63,797 nucleotides of DNA, filler included, from Octopus bimaculoides (GCF_001194135.2; 3 parts of 3 records of this genome joined end to end with filler, not necessarily neighbours in it), one strand, 5' to 3'. Positions 1-13,200 are shown, counted from the whole stretch's first letter. Notes: generated by a model from the sequence alone, not told the origin. Numbers and translations: made by a program.

Positions 1-240
1 CAGCTGGATGCCCTTCCTAACGCCAACCACTCTGAGAGTGTAGTGGGTGCTTTTACGTGCCACCAGCACGAGGGCCAGTCACACGGTACTGGCAACGCCC
101 ACACTCAAAATGGTGTTTTTTACGTGCCAACTGCATGGCTGCCAGTCCAGCGGCACTGGCAATGACCTTGCTCGAATGATTTTCTAACATGCCACCAGCA
201 CAAGTGCTAGAAGGCGACGCTGGTAATGATTACCCTCATA
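1..240 (-). mobile_element. RTE-LINE 3' UTR / derived SINE fragment
   Basis: Reverse complement of the GTGGTTGGCGTTAGGAAGGGCATCCAGCTG module that follows RTE coding fragments elsewhere in the window. Confidence 0.75.
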
Positions 241-1619
241 AATTGAAACTATTTTTCCCACTAGAAATTAAATTGAAAAGAAGCCATAGTGAATTTGAGC
301 AGAGATGTGCATTGAATAAATGCTAAACAGTAACTGAGGCTCTCCTGATACTTCCAGCATCCTGCCAACCATTGTTGCTGGGTTGTGTGTTTGTTACGAG
401 AGACACTGTTTGTCACCTGAAAAATTTTATATTCAAAAAATTATTTGTAAACTGAACTGGTTGTGATGTGAGGCATTTATAAACCAAGGTTCCACTATAT
501 ATATGTATGTATGTATGTATAGCTATGTAAGTGTATATCTGTCTGTCTGTGTATCTATCTATCTATCTATCTCTCTTTCTCATATATATATATATATATA
601 TACATATACACACACGCACAGACATATATACATACATATATTTATATGTGTGTGTGTGTGTGTGTGTGTGTATAAATATATATATATATATATATATATN
701 NNNNNNNNNNNNNNNNNNNNNNNNNNNNNNNNNNNNNNNNNNNNNNNNNNNNNNNNNNNNNNNNNNNNNNNNNNNNNNNNNNNNNNNNNNNNNNNNNNNN
801 NNNNNNNNNNNNNNNNNNNNNNNNNNNNNNNNNNNNNNNNNNNNNNNNNNNNNNNNNNNNNNNNNNNNNNNNNNNNNNNNNNNNNNNNNNNNNNNNNNNN
901 NNNNNNNNNNNNNNNNNNNNNNNNNNNNNNNNNNNNNNNNNNNNNNNNNNNNNNNNNNNNNNNNNNNNNNNNNNNNNNNNNNNNNNNNNNNNNNNNNNNN
1001 NNNNNNNNNNNNNNNNNNNNNNNNNNNNNNNNNNNNNNNNNNNNNNNNNNNNNNNNNNNNNNNNNNNNNNNNNNNNNNNNNNNNNNNNNNNNNNNNNNNN
1101 NNNNNNNNNNNNNNNNNNNNNNNNNNNNNNNNNNNNNNNNNNNNNNNNNNNNNNNNNNNNNNNNNNNNNNNNNNNNNNNNNNNNNNNNNNNNNNNNNNNN
1201 NNNNNNNNNNNNNNNNNNNNNNNNNNNNNNNNNNNNNNNNNNNNNNNNNNNNNNNNNNNNNNNNNNNNNNNNNNNNNNNNNNNNNNNNNNNNNNNNNNNN
1301 NNNNNNNNNNNNNNNNNNNNNNNNNNNNNNNNNNNNNNNNNNNNNNNNNNNNNNNNNNNNNNNNNNNNNNNNNNNNNNNNNNNNNNNNNNNNNNNNNNNN
1401 NNNNNNNNNNNNNNNNNNNNNNNNNNNNNNNNNNNNNNNNNNNNNNNNNNNNNNNNNNNNNNNNNNNNNNNNNNNNNNNNNNNNNNNNNNNNNNNNNNNN
1501 NNNNNNNNNNNNNNNNNNNNNNNNNNNNNNNNNNNNNNNNNNNNNNNNNNNNNNNNNNNNNNNNNNNNNNNNNNNNNNNNNNNNNNNNNNNNNNNNNNNN
1601 NNNNNNNNNNNNNNNNNNN

Positions 1620-1945
1620 CCCTTTGTCGCCAGCAGGGGTCAGAGCTCTCTAAACTTTGCCCAGGCTATTCTTATTCTAGCTACACTTTCAGCGCACCTA
1701 CCCCCACTACTAACTTGGTCGCCCAGATAGCGGAAGCTATCGACTACCTCTAGTTTTTCACCCTGGAATGAGATAGAAGTTGTTTCCTGTTTGTTTACAG
1801 TCTTTATTGCACCTGAACATCTGCCACAAACAAAAACTAACTTCCTAGTTAACCTGCCTTTGATGTTGCTGCACCTCTTATGTGTCCATAGCTTGCACCG
1901 GGTACATCTTATAGAGTTACTACCTATTCCTTTTATATATATATA
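1620..1945 (-). mobile_element. RTE-clade LINE RT fragment with Cys-rich PHD-like insert
   Basis: ORF 1640-1954: SNSIRCTRCKLWTHKRCSNIKGRL...FVCGRC...LEVVDSFRYLGDQVSSGG...ARIRIAWAKFREL. Confidence 0.85.
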
Positions 1946-1965
1946 TATACACACATAATGAATTC

Positions 1966-3212
1966 AGTGTACAGGTAAGAGTTCATCAAGGTTCAATTCT
2001 CAGTCCCCTCTTGTTTATCTTAGTCCTCCAGGAGCTTAACAGAGGAATTCAAGTCTGGCTGTCTCTGTAAGCTCCTCTACGCTGATGACCTTGTTCTTAT
2101 AGCTGAATTACTACCTGACTTAGAGAAGAATTTTCAGGTGCGAAAGCAAGGCTTGGAATCTAAGGGCCTCAGAGTTAATTTAGCAAAATCCAAAGTCTTA
2201 GTAAATAGGAAAACAGACAAATAATAAGAACCTTCAGAGAGATGGCCCTACTTGATATGTAAGTGGGGTGATGGTAGAAACGCCATACGTTGTACCCAGT
2301 GCATGCTTTGGACACATAAGAAGTGTAGCAGTATCATAGGAAGGTTAATGGAGAATACAGTCTTTATGTGTGGCAAATGTGCAGGTACAATAAGCACCAA
2401 AAATGTGCAGACAACAGACTCACTCAAATGCTTGGAGGATCATTAGAAGTAGTAAATAGCTTCTGTTAACTAGGAGACCAAATTAGCAACAGAGGAGGAA
2501 GTTCTGAAAGTGTAGTTGCTAGAATAAGGATGGGCTGGGAAAAGTTTAGAGAGCTTAACCTTTGTTGATGACTAAGGACTTTTCCCTCAGAGCAGAAGGC
2601 AGACTATATGATGCCTGTGTACATATGGCTATGTTACATGGCAGTAAGACATAGACTCTGACTACAGAGGACCTGTGAAGGCTTGAAAGAAATGAAGCTA
2701 GCATGCTCTGCTGGATGGGTAATGTCAGTGTGTACACACAACAGATTGTAAATGATTTAAGAAGAAAACTAGGTATGGAAGGCATCAGATGTTGTGTGCA
2801 AGAGAGAAGACTGTGTTGGTTTTGTCATGTGATGCATATGGATGTATATAGAAGTGTCGAGCTCTAATTGTTGAGGGAACACGTGGAAGGGGTAGAACAG
2901 GAAGATGTGGGATGAAGTGGTGAGAAATGATATTCAGATGCTGGGCTTCACTGAGGTAATGACAAAGGACTGGGAGACGGGGTGATTTGCTGTACTTGAA
3001 AATATGCATCAAGCTAAGTAAAATTGTCTTCCATACATACAGGCTTGTCCTTTCAGGTGCTGGTGGCATGTAAAAAGCAACCAGCGCACTCTGTTAAGTG
3101 GTTGGCACTAGGAAGGGCATCCAGCTAGAGAAACAATGCCAAAACAGACAACTGGAGTCTGGACAGCTCCAACCCATGCCAGCATGGGTTTTGGACGTTA
3201 AATGATGCTGAT
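1966..3212 (+). mobile_element. Degraded RTE-clade LINE, 3' part (RT, PHD-like finger, C-terminus, GAT tail)
   Basis: GSILSPLLFILVL, YADD at 2078-2089, CTQCMLWTHKKC...CGKC, RRLCWFCHVMHM, then the family 3' UTR. Multiple stops and frameshifts. Confidence 0.9.
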
Positions 3213-4399
3213 GTATGTATATATATAGAAAAGAAAAGAAATGGAGCAATAATAAACATTGAGAAGTTGATCATTGGTATTAAAAGGTCATAGTTTAATT
3301 GTAGTTCAGAACCATTTACAGCTGTTTCTGTTTATCAAATCAAAGTAAATTTGCATTTATCTCTTTCCATTTAACAAACATAGTCAGAATGATTTAGAGG
3401 AATATAAATTGGAGAAAAAGGGAAATGAAAGGCTGTGTTGTCCCCATATGAAACTAAGTTACCATCTTAACTTTCCACTGAATCTGTTGTTTCCTTGTGT
3501 TGACTGCCATTTTCAGCATTGGAAGTCATCATTAGTTGCTACAGGTATTTGTGTGCCAATATTGCTGGACTGTATTATTGAATAGTTAACAAAAAATTCG
3601 TATAGTAATTACACAACACTGTGCAAGCATTTAAATATAATTTATTGCTCTCTGTAAGTAGGGAAAGATGTTCATGCATTAAAATTAAAATATAGAAGCA
3701 GCAAGGTGGAAATAGCATAATATGGCATGTAAGGGAATTCTGTTTGAAGTAAATGTACAGATGCTGTGTCATGTCTGCTTCTTTGATATCCTCTATTGAG
3801 TATGCAACTGTTAAAACAGCTATAGTGATTGTGCAATTTTATACTTGATCAAAGACACACTGAAATTGGTGAGAATGGGGAATGAAATACCAGCTTGAAT
3901 GTCTCATCACTCTGCAAAATTGGTGCCTTTATTGACAGTATTTATAGGCTGTGCTCAAGGAAAGTTCCAGACATGCTAAAGAACTAGCATATGAACAACA
4001 GTTGTTGATTGGACAAGATCTTGGTTGGGCACATGATCAAATGGTGGTTGAATTATGATTTGAAATATGTAGGTGGCAAAATGGAATTTCTAATCCACGC
4101 TACATTTATTTTTTAAGATAGCAGAGCATAATTAGAAGTAGACCAAGTTGATATTTCTAGCAGGATGGATCATATATAGAGGTTCCCTCCATTGGCTCTC
4201 AGTAGCTCTGCCAGGCCAAACTTTTCTGGAAGTTATTCATAAAACTTGACCTGAAAGTTTCCTGGAAGAGCTTGCACAATGTATCACTGTTGACATATGC
4301 ATGTATGTGTGTGTATGTGTATGTATGTGTATGTGTGTGTATATGTGTGTGGTGTGTGTGTGTGAATGGTGAAGAGCAATGAAAGTAATGTTCTCTTAC

Positions 4400-4513
4400 C
4401 TTCCCGTCAACGCGAACAACTCTTTTGCCAGAAGTCGTTCCATGTTCAAATTCTAAGTCATGTACACCATCAGCTAAAGACACTCTCCATTTACCAACCA
4501 GGTCTGAGGGCAT
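4400..4513 (-). CDS. FAIM: Fas apoptotic inhibitory molecule (FAIM), first coding exon (38 aa)
   Basis: Translates MPSDLVGKWRVSLADGVHDLEFEHGTTSGKRVVRVDGK, matching the FAIM N-terminus (W-x-V-x-L-x-DGVH-x-x-EFEHGTTSGKRVV-x-VDGK). Phase-0 donor AAG|GTAAGA at 4400/4399. Acceptor TTTCAG| at 4539/4538 gives 25 nt of 5'UTR. Downstream exons were not found; they may lie in the 700-1619 gap or left of the window. Confidence 0.95.
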
Positions 4514-5732
4514 TATTGTGTGAAAAATTAGCCTCTAACTGAAACAGATCAAAGTTCTTCATAAATGTCTTAAGTCATCACCATCATCCTCATACCCATC
4601 ACTGCCTCTGCAGTGTATCAAATAATGGTATTAAACAATATTATAGATCCATCTCCTCAACTTCTCCTAAACAAACCACAATAAACTACAAATAACACAA
4701 AACTACACACTACGCAACATAACAAAGTTGTACACATGACATCCACAGGTCACCTACGCAATGAAATAAAAACACTAAGAATGAAAGACCATCTAGAGCT
4801 GCCAGGAGCACAGGTTACTACTGCAGTTTACTCCAGCCCTCCAGTAGTTTTTTCAAATATGAAAAATCTATATCCAAGCACACAGACAACAATATAGAAC
4901 ACCAGAATACCCCCTAAAACTGTTTTCCACTCAGTTGGGACAAGCATAACGGGTGCATACATACAAAAATAATTACATGAATAGCCTCACTGCTCTCAAA
5001 CACTGTGATGGGATGCACACCACCAAGAATAAATGCAAAGGAAATACAACTGTCGCTCTCTGCCCGAGACCACCCTACCTGCTGCCGCCTTAATCTACGG
5101 ACGTACAGAAATAAACTGGACAATGGAGAGGATATAAAATGTAGACTGTGACAATGCACCACATACGATTCATCATTGTATATGTGTAGAATGGGATGTG
5201 CAGAATGATCATCAATTAGGCAGACACATGTCATAATTGAGAAAACATGTCTGGATCACGAATTGTCGTTTGACCGATTATCACCGTGCTCGATCATTGC
5301 TGACCTGGGAACACTTAACTGCATCAATAGCACGGTACGATTGTCGTACTGATGATGACTGTAGTGATCTGCATGATGATGATGTTGTTGTTGTTGTTGA
5401 TGATGATGATGATGGTGATGACGATGACGATGGGAATAGGAATAGCGAATCAAGAAGAAAACTAACTTGAAAACGTATATCACCTGCTTAATTCTTTCTT
5501 CAATAACAATTGTGTTGTTGTCGATGATAATGATAATGATTAATGACAATGACGATGGGAATGACAACAAGTGTTGCCAAGCAACGAGTACGCCTTTTAT
5601 TAGTTCTTTTAATGTAATTTACGTGGTATCAATTATGAAGTTACTTTATTGTTTCCCCGCTTGCCATTAAAAAAAGACAAAAACGAAAAATCCTTAGTTG
5701 TCAGATGCTGCTATAGACATGCGACTACTTAC

Positions 5733-5800
5733 ATGAAAAGTAGAATAAAACTATCAAATAAAGCTTATTGACACGCGACCTTTGACAGGAAGTGTCAGCA
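5733..5800 (-). other. FAIM: Probable non-coding first exon (5'UTR) of FAIM
   Basis: Consensus minus-strand donor CAT|GTAAGT at 5733/5732, about 1.2 kb upstream of the FAIM acceptor and next to promoter-like motifs. The 5' boundary is a guess. Confidence 0.55.
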
Positions 5801-5830
5801 GTAATTGGTTAGGAAGCGATTAAGAAAGAC
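5775..5830. promoter_or_regulatory. Candidate (bidirectional) core promoter between FAIM and CEP70
   Basis: ETS/GABP-like CAGGAAGTG at 5786-5794 inside a TGACA-n5-TGTCA palindrome (5783-5797), and an inverted CCAAT (ATTGG 5804-5808), at the head of FAIM. The motifs are seen in the sequence; function is inferred. Confidence 0.4.
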
Positions 5831-6428
5831 GAGGCATTTTATTCGATAATATGATACATAGAAAGAAAGAAAAATGTTGTAATACAGACATTTCTTCATA
5901 ACTAAACAACTCTAAAATTTAAAAAAATAATATTTAGATGCCATTTCAAACCAAAAACTTCATTTATGGTTGAGAATTAAACTTCATTTTTACCGAAAGT
6001 AAACAGTTTCCTTAACGACTGTTGTTGAGTTTTGCGGAGGACAAAACTCCGTGAGATTTTATTTGGTTATAAAACTTTTAAATGATAAACGAATTTCAAA
6101 ATTTCAATTCCGTATTGACGTATTTCAATCGGTACGGGTGCTACTGCTTAAAATTCAAACTTGCTGTTGATTCATTGACTCAGACCGAGCTAGTATTTTG
6201 GGTCAGGTTAAAATGCAATAGTAACACAAATGTGACAGCAGAGAGATTTCCATGAGTTGTAATCTAGATGCAGCCCCCTTAGCGCGTAAAGAGACAAGGA
6301 CCGAAACAATTGCATATGGTTGGGATGCTTCTTCTCTGAAGATCTTTCGCTGTTCTGCTCTACCGGCGTTTCTAACAACCTACTTACCTGCACGCACACG
6401 TGTGTGTATGATGGGATATTTTTTTATA

Positions 6429-6818
6429 ACTCTTTTACTCTTTTACTTGTTTCAGTCATTTGACTGCGACCATGCTGGAGCACCGCCTTTAGTCGAACAA
6501 ATCGACCCTAGGACTTATTCTTTGTAAGCTTAGTACTTATTCTGTCGGTTCCTTTTTACCAAGCCGCTATGTTTTCGGGGACGTAAACACAGCAGCATCG
6601 GTTGTCAAACGATGGTGGGGACAAACAAAAGTGCAGACACACACACATATATGTACGACTGGCTTCTTTCAGTTTCCGTCTACCATATCCACTCACAAGA
6701 CTTTGGTCGGTCCAAGGCTACAGTAGAAGACACTTGCCCAAGGTGCCATGCAGTGGGACTGAACCCGGAACTATGAGGTTGGGAAGCAAGTTTCTTACCA
6801 CACAACCACTTCTGCGCC
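6429..6818 (-). mobile_element. tRNA-derived SINE family A, full length
   Basis: tRNA-like head (GTGGTAAG...GGTTCAGTCCC), central CCTTGGGCAAGTGTCTT segment, internal CA/TA microsatellite, AAAAGAGT tail. Confidence 0.85.
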
Positions 6819-8068
6819 TACAAAATAAAACTTGACATTTTGAAAAAATTATGTGCGCGCGCCCAATAATTACTTTCTTTTTTTTTTACGTTAAGTTCCG
6901 ATATAATCGCAATCAACACCATCTGAAAGGTATTTGCAAAAGCATTCATAAAAAGAATAGTATATCCATTTTTCTGAAAGTTATAAGGAAACAAAGTTGG
7001 TGGGTGGGGCACGTTTGTGTACGTATGCTTATTTCAGTTGCCTTAGAAACCAACTGGGAAAATCCAAAGTTCCACAGTAAGAGACGGTGACAATAATTAG
7101 GCTTGTATTACTACCACTGCTTATTAAATTAAGATTTTCTCTTAAACATGTCAGCCAATATTTTTTCTAATTATTTATTTAATCCTTTCTGAGTCACTAA
7201 CGAATTCCGCTAGAATTTTGCTTTCTTCCATAGCTACAAAGAATATATCAGCCTATAGACATTAGCTTATCTGAGTTATTTCCCTTAGATTATTTGATTC
7301 TCCCCCTCCTCCCACTTTCTCTCACTTGCTTCATTAGTAACTGTTGCTTCGCACCGTGAGCCGAAGCCATACCAACAGCAGAAATTAAATTCTCGTCATT
7401 TGATTCGCTAATAAACGTCAACATGTGAAGGCAAATTACAAAAAAGTTTAAATGTTTTCTATTTTTATAACGAATAAACATTTTTAAGATGCAAGGAAAA
7501 TGGATATGAAAAATATGGAAAGTAAACTGTATGATGTATATAAGTTATTATATGATATTAATAAAAATGAAATTCCAATACAAATTTAAGCCCGGAACAC
7601 GTTTTGTCATGTTTACGAAAGCGGAATATGTTTTTATTCTCAGAGACAAAAAAATGAATACTAACAACAACTACGACAATAACAATATTTTATAAACTTT
7701 AGATATTGATTTAATTTTAAAAGAAGTAAAAAAAAAATTTTTAAAAACCAAACCCATCCATTCAAATATGGTAATTATAAAGTCTTTTTCTTAATTTGTT
7801 TGACTGAAAATAAGGGAAATTGCTTTAAATTTCAGAATATGTTCGATATCAGTTCGAAAGTTCTTTAACAAACTATCATTGAGAAATGCATTAATGTCTC
7901 AATACTTCATACTTCGTTGCTTATAAATCTGAAGTTAACACTTGTTGATTTCTGCATTTTCAATTTGTAAATAACAACCAACCGAAGTAAGTTCCCCCTG
8001 TTTGCTCTCAGAAGTAGACTCTAAATTTCAGAGATTTAGTTGCGATTTCTAATGAATCAAGCTTTATT

Positions 8069-8210
8069 GGTAAATTTTCAGAGTAACACCCGCACGGGGA
8101 TTTGCAGCATATTAGGAAGTCAGGGTACTTGATTTCACGCAAAAAAATCCGAGTTTTTTTTTTTTTTTCTCTTAGTGAAAATCGTGCGGGTGTTACTCTG
8201 AAAATTTACC
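8069..8210. repeat. Perfect 28-bp inverted repeat with 86-nt spacer
   Basis: GGTAAATTTTCAGAGTAACACCCGCACG at 8069-8096 and its exact reverse complement at 8183-8210. Confidence 0.9.
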
Positions 8211-9260
8211 CTTTCCAGAACCTGAGGAAAGTGTTAGAGATTCTGTGAGAAATAGGGAGAAACAAAGATAATTATATGTACATGAACTTTTGAGTCATTT
8301 TTGTGTTTTATTCTATATGGGTAATTTTTTTTGCCAGTGCTGGTGCCATGTAGAAAGCTCCCAGTTCACTCTGTAAAGTGGTTGGCATTAGGAAGGGCAT
8401 CCAGCTGTATAAACTATGCCAAAGCAGACAGTATGGCTTGGTGCAGTCCTCTGGCTTGCCAGCTCCTGTCATACCGTCCAACCCATGCCAGCATGGAAAA
8501 TGGATGTTAAATGATGATAGTGATAATGCACATAAAATATTCCCTAAGACATTTATTCACAGTAAGTAAACCCTACAAGGAAAAATGATCTCTCAATAGA
8601 GATTTGTTGAGGAATTTGGTCTAAACAGTGTATTGGTCAGGACAAAATTACCTGGTGACAATGTCAATTAGCCCTGGGTCACCTCTGTTTGAGTAGACCT
8701 ATGAACAAACATATCCAAGTCATTGCTCTCTATTATTCTGACATAAAAGATCTAAGATTACGTTATCCAATGTGTCTTTTTTTAAGACACTTGAGTGTTA
8801 TTTGAGGAAGATTTGGCTGCTGTTTGGAGATTGAGCAACCATTGACCCTTTAGCATTTAAACTGACCACATCAGACCCAAATATTCTTGCTGTTTTATGT
8901 TCAAACCAACCAGATCCAGCCTCTCACATCTATCCTACAATATCTTTCTAAAAACATACAATCACATCATTGAGATCTCAAAACTACAAGATAATGCATG
9001 ATTAATTCAGAACAATGTGGATGAAGAGCATTACTGTTGACAGAATAATTTGAATGCTAAAGATAGTTAAGAGTCTCCCATTTTCGGTTTCAATGCTCTC
9101 TTTGGTTTTTTTTTCAACAGCACTCAACACCTACTTACCCCATTGTTATTATCTGTCTTTTCCTCTCTTCGACCACACTCTGCTCCTCTAGCTAGGTTGA
9201 TTGTGTATCACGTCTACATGACCTGTTTATTGCAAACTATATATTTTCCTCTACCAATCA

Positions 9261-9643
9261 GGAGTGGCTGTGTGGTAAGTAGCTTGCTTACCAACCACAT
9301 GGTTCTGGGTTCATTCCCACTGCGTGGCACTTTGGGCAAGTGTCTTCTACTATAGCCTTGGGCCGACCAATGCCTTGTGAGTGGATTTGGTAGACGGAAA
9401 CTGAAAGAAGCCTATCGTATATATGTATGTGTGTGTCTGTGTTTGTCCCCTGAACATCGCTTGACAACCGATGGTGGTGTGTTTACGTCCCCATAAGTTA
9501 GCAGTTCAGCAAAAGAGACCGATAGAATAAGTACTGGGCTAACAAAGAATAAGTCCTGGGGTCGATTTACTCGACTAAAGGCGGTGCTCCAGCATGGCCG
9601 CAGTCAAATGACTGAAACAAGTAAAAGAGTAAGAGTAAAGAGT
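9261..9643 (+). mobile_element. SINE family A, full length
   Basis: Same modules as 6429-6818 in the opposite orientation. Confidence 0.85.
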
Positions 9644-10084
9644 AACCCAACCATATCATCTAGCATTCATCAAGCACTTGATTAAATATTTTACCCATAA
9701 TTATTTTACCTCAGCTAGATTCTAGCCTTGTGGAATTCCTTCTCATCCCATGTTTTTCTCCCTCAGTTACTAATCTGATGAATTTCAAACTCGGCATTAA
9801 TCACACTAACTCCCTTCCTGTGCAATTCTTCCTTGTCTTTAATTAATTTAAAAAAAAATTTCTCTATCAGATCATTTACTTGATTTCCATGTCTCCTGAC
9901 TAAGGATAACTTCTTCCTTCTGCCACACCTGTCTCACAGGGGCCTTGAAGGGGTCATGAGCCCTGCCTTTCCTTCTCTGACCCAGAAAACATAAAGTAAA
10001 AACAAAAAACAACTTTTGTATAAGAAATGACTATAATTAACACAATGATTTTAATTTATAAATTTTTTTGATTTTTAAAACAAG

Positions 10085-10231
10085 GAACCAAATGGTGACT
10101 GTTCAGGTCACAATCGAAGACATCCAGATGCCAGCGGTGATGGGATTGGCATTGGAATTAGTCCCAGACATTACCAAATACCAAAAGAGGGCGATTTTAT
10201 GAACATGAAATTGAAAGACTGTATGTGGAAG
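10085..10231 (+). CDS. CEP70: CEP70-like exon A (EPNGDCSGHNRRHPDASGDGIGIGISPRHYQIPKEGDFMNMKLKDCMWK)
   Basis: AACAAG| acceptor, AAG|GTATGT donor, 147 nt, open only in frame 0. No recognisable homology on its own; it contains in-frame ATGs. Confidence 0.6.
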
Positions 10232-13200
10232 GTATGTGTTTTTATCATATTTCTCTTTACTTAGAGACACTTCACATTTCTATTTAAGCTAGCAGCTTAG
10301 TCCATATATTGTTAAATTGTTTAATGTTCACTGTTTATTGGGGTGGGGGCAAGAAATACCTAATTAAAAATACATATGACACGTTAGGCTAAGTAAAATC
10401 ATGACGATCCATGCAAACAGGCATGTCCTCTACATCAGGGGTTTTCAAACTTTTTGACGTGCGGACCCCTTTATATTTCAGGCTTTACCTTAGGGACCCC
10501 CTTATAAACGCTTATGAAATTTATACATAAATATTTGCTTAAAATAACATATATTTTTACATTTATTTATTTAACAATATTTAACAAATAGGTTTATTGT
10601 CAATTAAAAGATTTCGATTAAAAAACATATATAAAATCAAATTGCCCATAAAATGTATTTGCTGTCCACGGACACCCTATGGTCCGCGGACCACAGTTTG
10701 AAAACCCCTGCTCTACATCTTTCTTTCTCTCTCTCTCTCTCTCTCTCAGCCAGGTCCTAGTCTTGCAGGATCAGGGGTGCTGGTGTCATGTAAAAGTGCC
10801 CATGCTGGTGTCACATAAAAGCGTCCGTGCCAGTACCATGTAAAAACTCCTGTGTTGGCGCCAGGTGCTTGAGTTGACACCACCTAAAGGTGCCTGGGTC
10901 GATGTCATGTTAAAAGCACCCTGTACACTGTAAAGTGGTTGGTGTTAGGAAGAGTATCCAGCTGTAGAAACCATGCCAAAACTAACAAATGGAGCTTGGG
11001 CGGCTCTCCAGGTGGCCAGCTCCTGTCAGACTGTCCAACCCATGTGACAATGGAGAACGGACGTTAAACGATGTGTTGAGGAAATGACAACACCGTTTTT
11101 AATTTTTAAGAAGTAAGGGTGACAACTAATATTTCACGCTGAATTATGCTGTTGGACATCTACTTAATGATTTTGTAATCAGTAATTGGCAAGTATGGTC
11201 AAGTTTCTTCCTTACAGAGGATGTTTAATAATCTATAACATGTTCAGAGCTGTTTCTTGCGTTTGTCAAAATAATTAAACTAATTGCCATCACCTGAATG
11301 CAGTGAAAGTGCGAATGCTGGAGATAAATGAAGCAAGCATGCTTTCGTAGATGTAATATTGCTGTGAATCAGCAACATGGTATAGATTAGTTGAGGAAAA
11401 AGCTGGATAGAAAAGGAATGAGATGTAGTGTGTTAGAGAGACAATTGCATTGATACAAACATGTTGTTGTTGGCACTCCATCGCTTTCAATGTCGAGGGT
11501 TCCAGTTGATCCGATCAACGGAACAGCCTGCTCGGGAAATTAACGTGCAAGTGGCTGAGCACTCCACAGACACGTGTACCCCTAACGTAGTTCTCAGGGA
11601 TATTCAGCGTGACACAGTGTGACAAGGCTGACCCTTTGAATTACAGGCACAACAGAAACAGAAAGTAAGAGTGAGAGAAAGTTGTGGTGGAAGAGTACAG
11701 CAGGGTTCGCCACCATCCCCTGCCCAGAGCCTCATGGAGCTTTAGGTGTTTTCGCTCAATAAACACTCACAATGCCCGGTCTGGGAATCGAAACCGCGAT
11801 CCTATGACCGCGAATCTGCTGCCCTAACCACTGGGCCATTGCGCCTCCACGATACAAACATGTAATGCATAAGGATTATACAGACGGTTAAATAAGTGTT
11901 AGGAGATTCAATTTGTAAAAAATTGAGTAAGTGGAAAAACAAAGAAGACAGGGACAGAAGTGGTGACATCTGATCTCAGGTTGTTGAACTGCAAGGAAAA
12001 GATGATGATAAAGGAACACAGCAAATGGCAAGATGCTGTTTGGAAGAATCTGTCTAGTCCATGCAAGCAGCATAGGAAAGCCTATTTAAAGATTATGAAG
12101 GTGGTGGTGGTGGTGGTGGTGGTAATGATGATGATAATGATGACGATGAGCTTGAATGTTGATCATACAGGGAAGTTAATGCAAGCACTGGCAACTGATA
12201 TCTATATATATCATATTTGTTTGTGACATGTGTAGTTGGAAATATGGTTGAATTTTTTTTAAGTACTCACTTGACTGCCTCCATATTATGTGACTATTTA
12301 GTGAACCCAGATTAGGGTTATACAACAACTACTGGTATTGAGTTCGATAGGTGTGAAGGCATGGCTTGTATAAAAAAATTCAAATTTGGGTCCAGGCTCT
12401 GCATTGAAATAAACCAGGTATTTAACATTTTAGCATTCAAATTATTCTGTCAAATGTAATACTTAACTATACATGTTGCTTGGAATTAATCATGTAGCTC
12501 TCAGCTTTTGATGATGTGATTGTTTATTTTTAGAATGACATTGTAAAGTAGGTATGAGAGGCAGGATCTGGCCAGTTTGAACCCAAAACAGGTAGAATAA
12601 ATTGGTCAGATATGGCTGGTTTAAATACTAAAGGGTTAATGAGTAGGTGGGTGTTTAATAATTCTCTAACTTCAAAATCCATATTTTTTTTTATCTATCA
12701 TCTTTCCATTCAACTGCAGGATCAGAAATTCCACCCACAAAGGTCTGATATTCTTTCTGAGTTCCAGCGCCACACAACCAATATCCAATCTCTTATGAAT
12801 GAAAAGTAAGTCAGTCTTATTAGATTTTTTTTGTTTATATGAAATATCCCATTAGTGACCAGTGAAGGCATGAATGCTTCAGCTTCTGTTTTGTCTGTGT
12901 AAGTAAAGTTACGACTGTCTAGTGCTGGTGTACAATATTCTACAGACACGTGTTGTATATACTACTAATTTTATTATTGTTTAGATTTTTTTTTTATATA
13001 TGCTGGGTCTAGAGGAAAGGGCAGTACCCTTAGTTTTTGCAAGACCTCCTTGACCAGTGTAATTGATATCATTAATCCTCTTCGTCATCGTTGTCATCAT
13101 AGTTGTTGTTGTCATCATTGTCGTTGTCGTCATCATCATCATTTTAACATCCACTTTCCTATACTTGCATGGGCTGAATGAATTACACTGAAGCCCATCT

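Noticed and set aside
261-416. Minus acceptor TTTTTCAG| with 51 open codons, in phase with the FAIM exon
   Set aside because: The peptide has no FAIM similarity (expected ...WMFKLVG...), and there is no other support.
6381-6391. TACTTACCTG, resembling the U1 snRNA 5' end
   Set aside because: The rest of U1 is absent; it is simply the complement of a splice donor.
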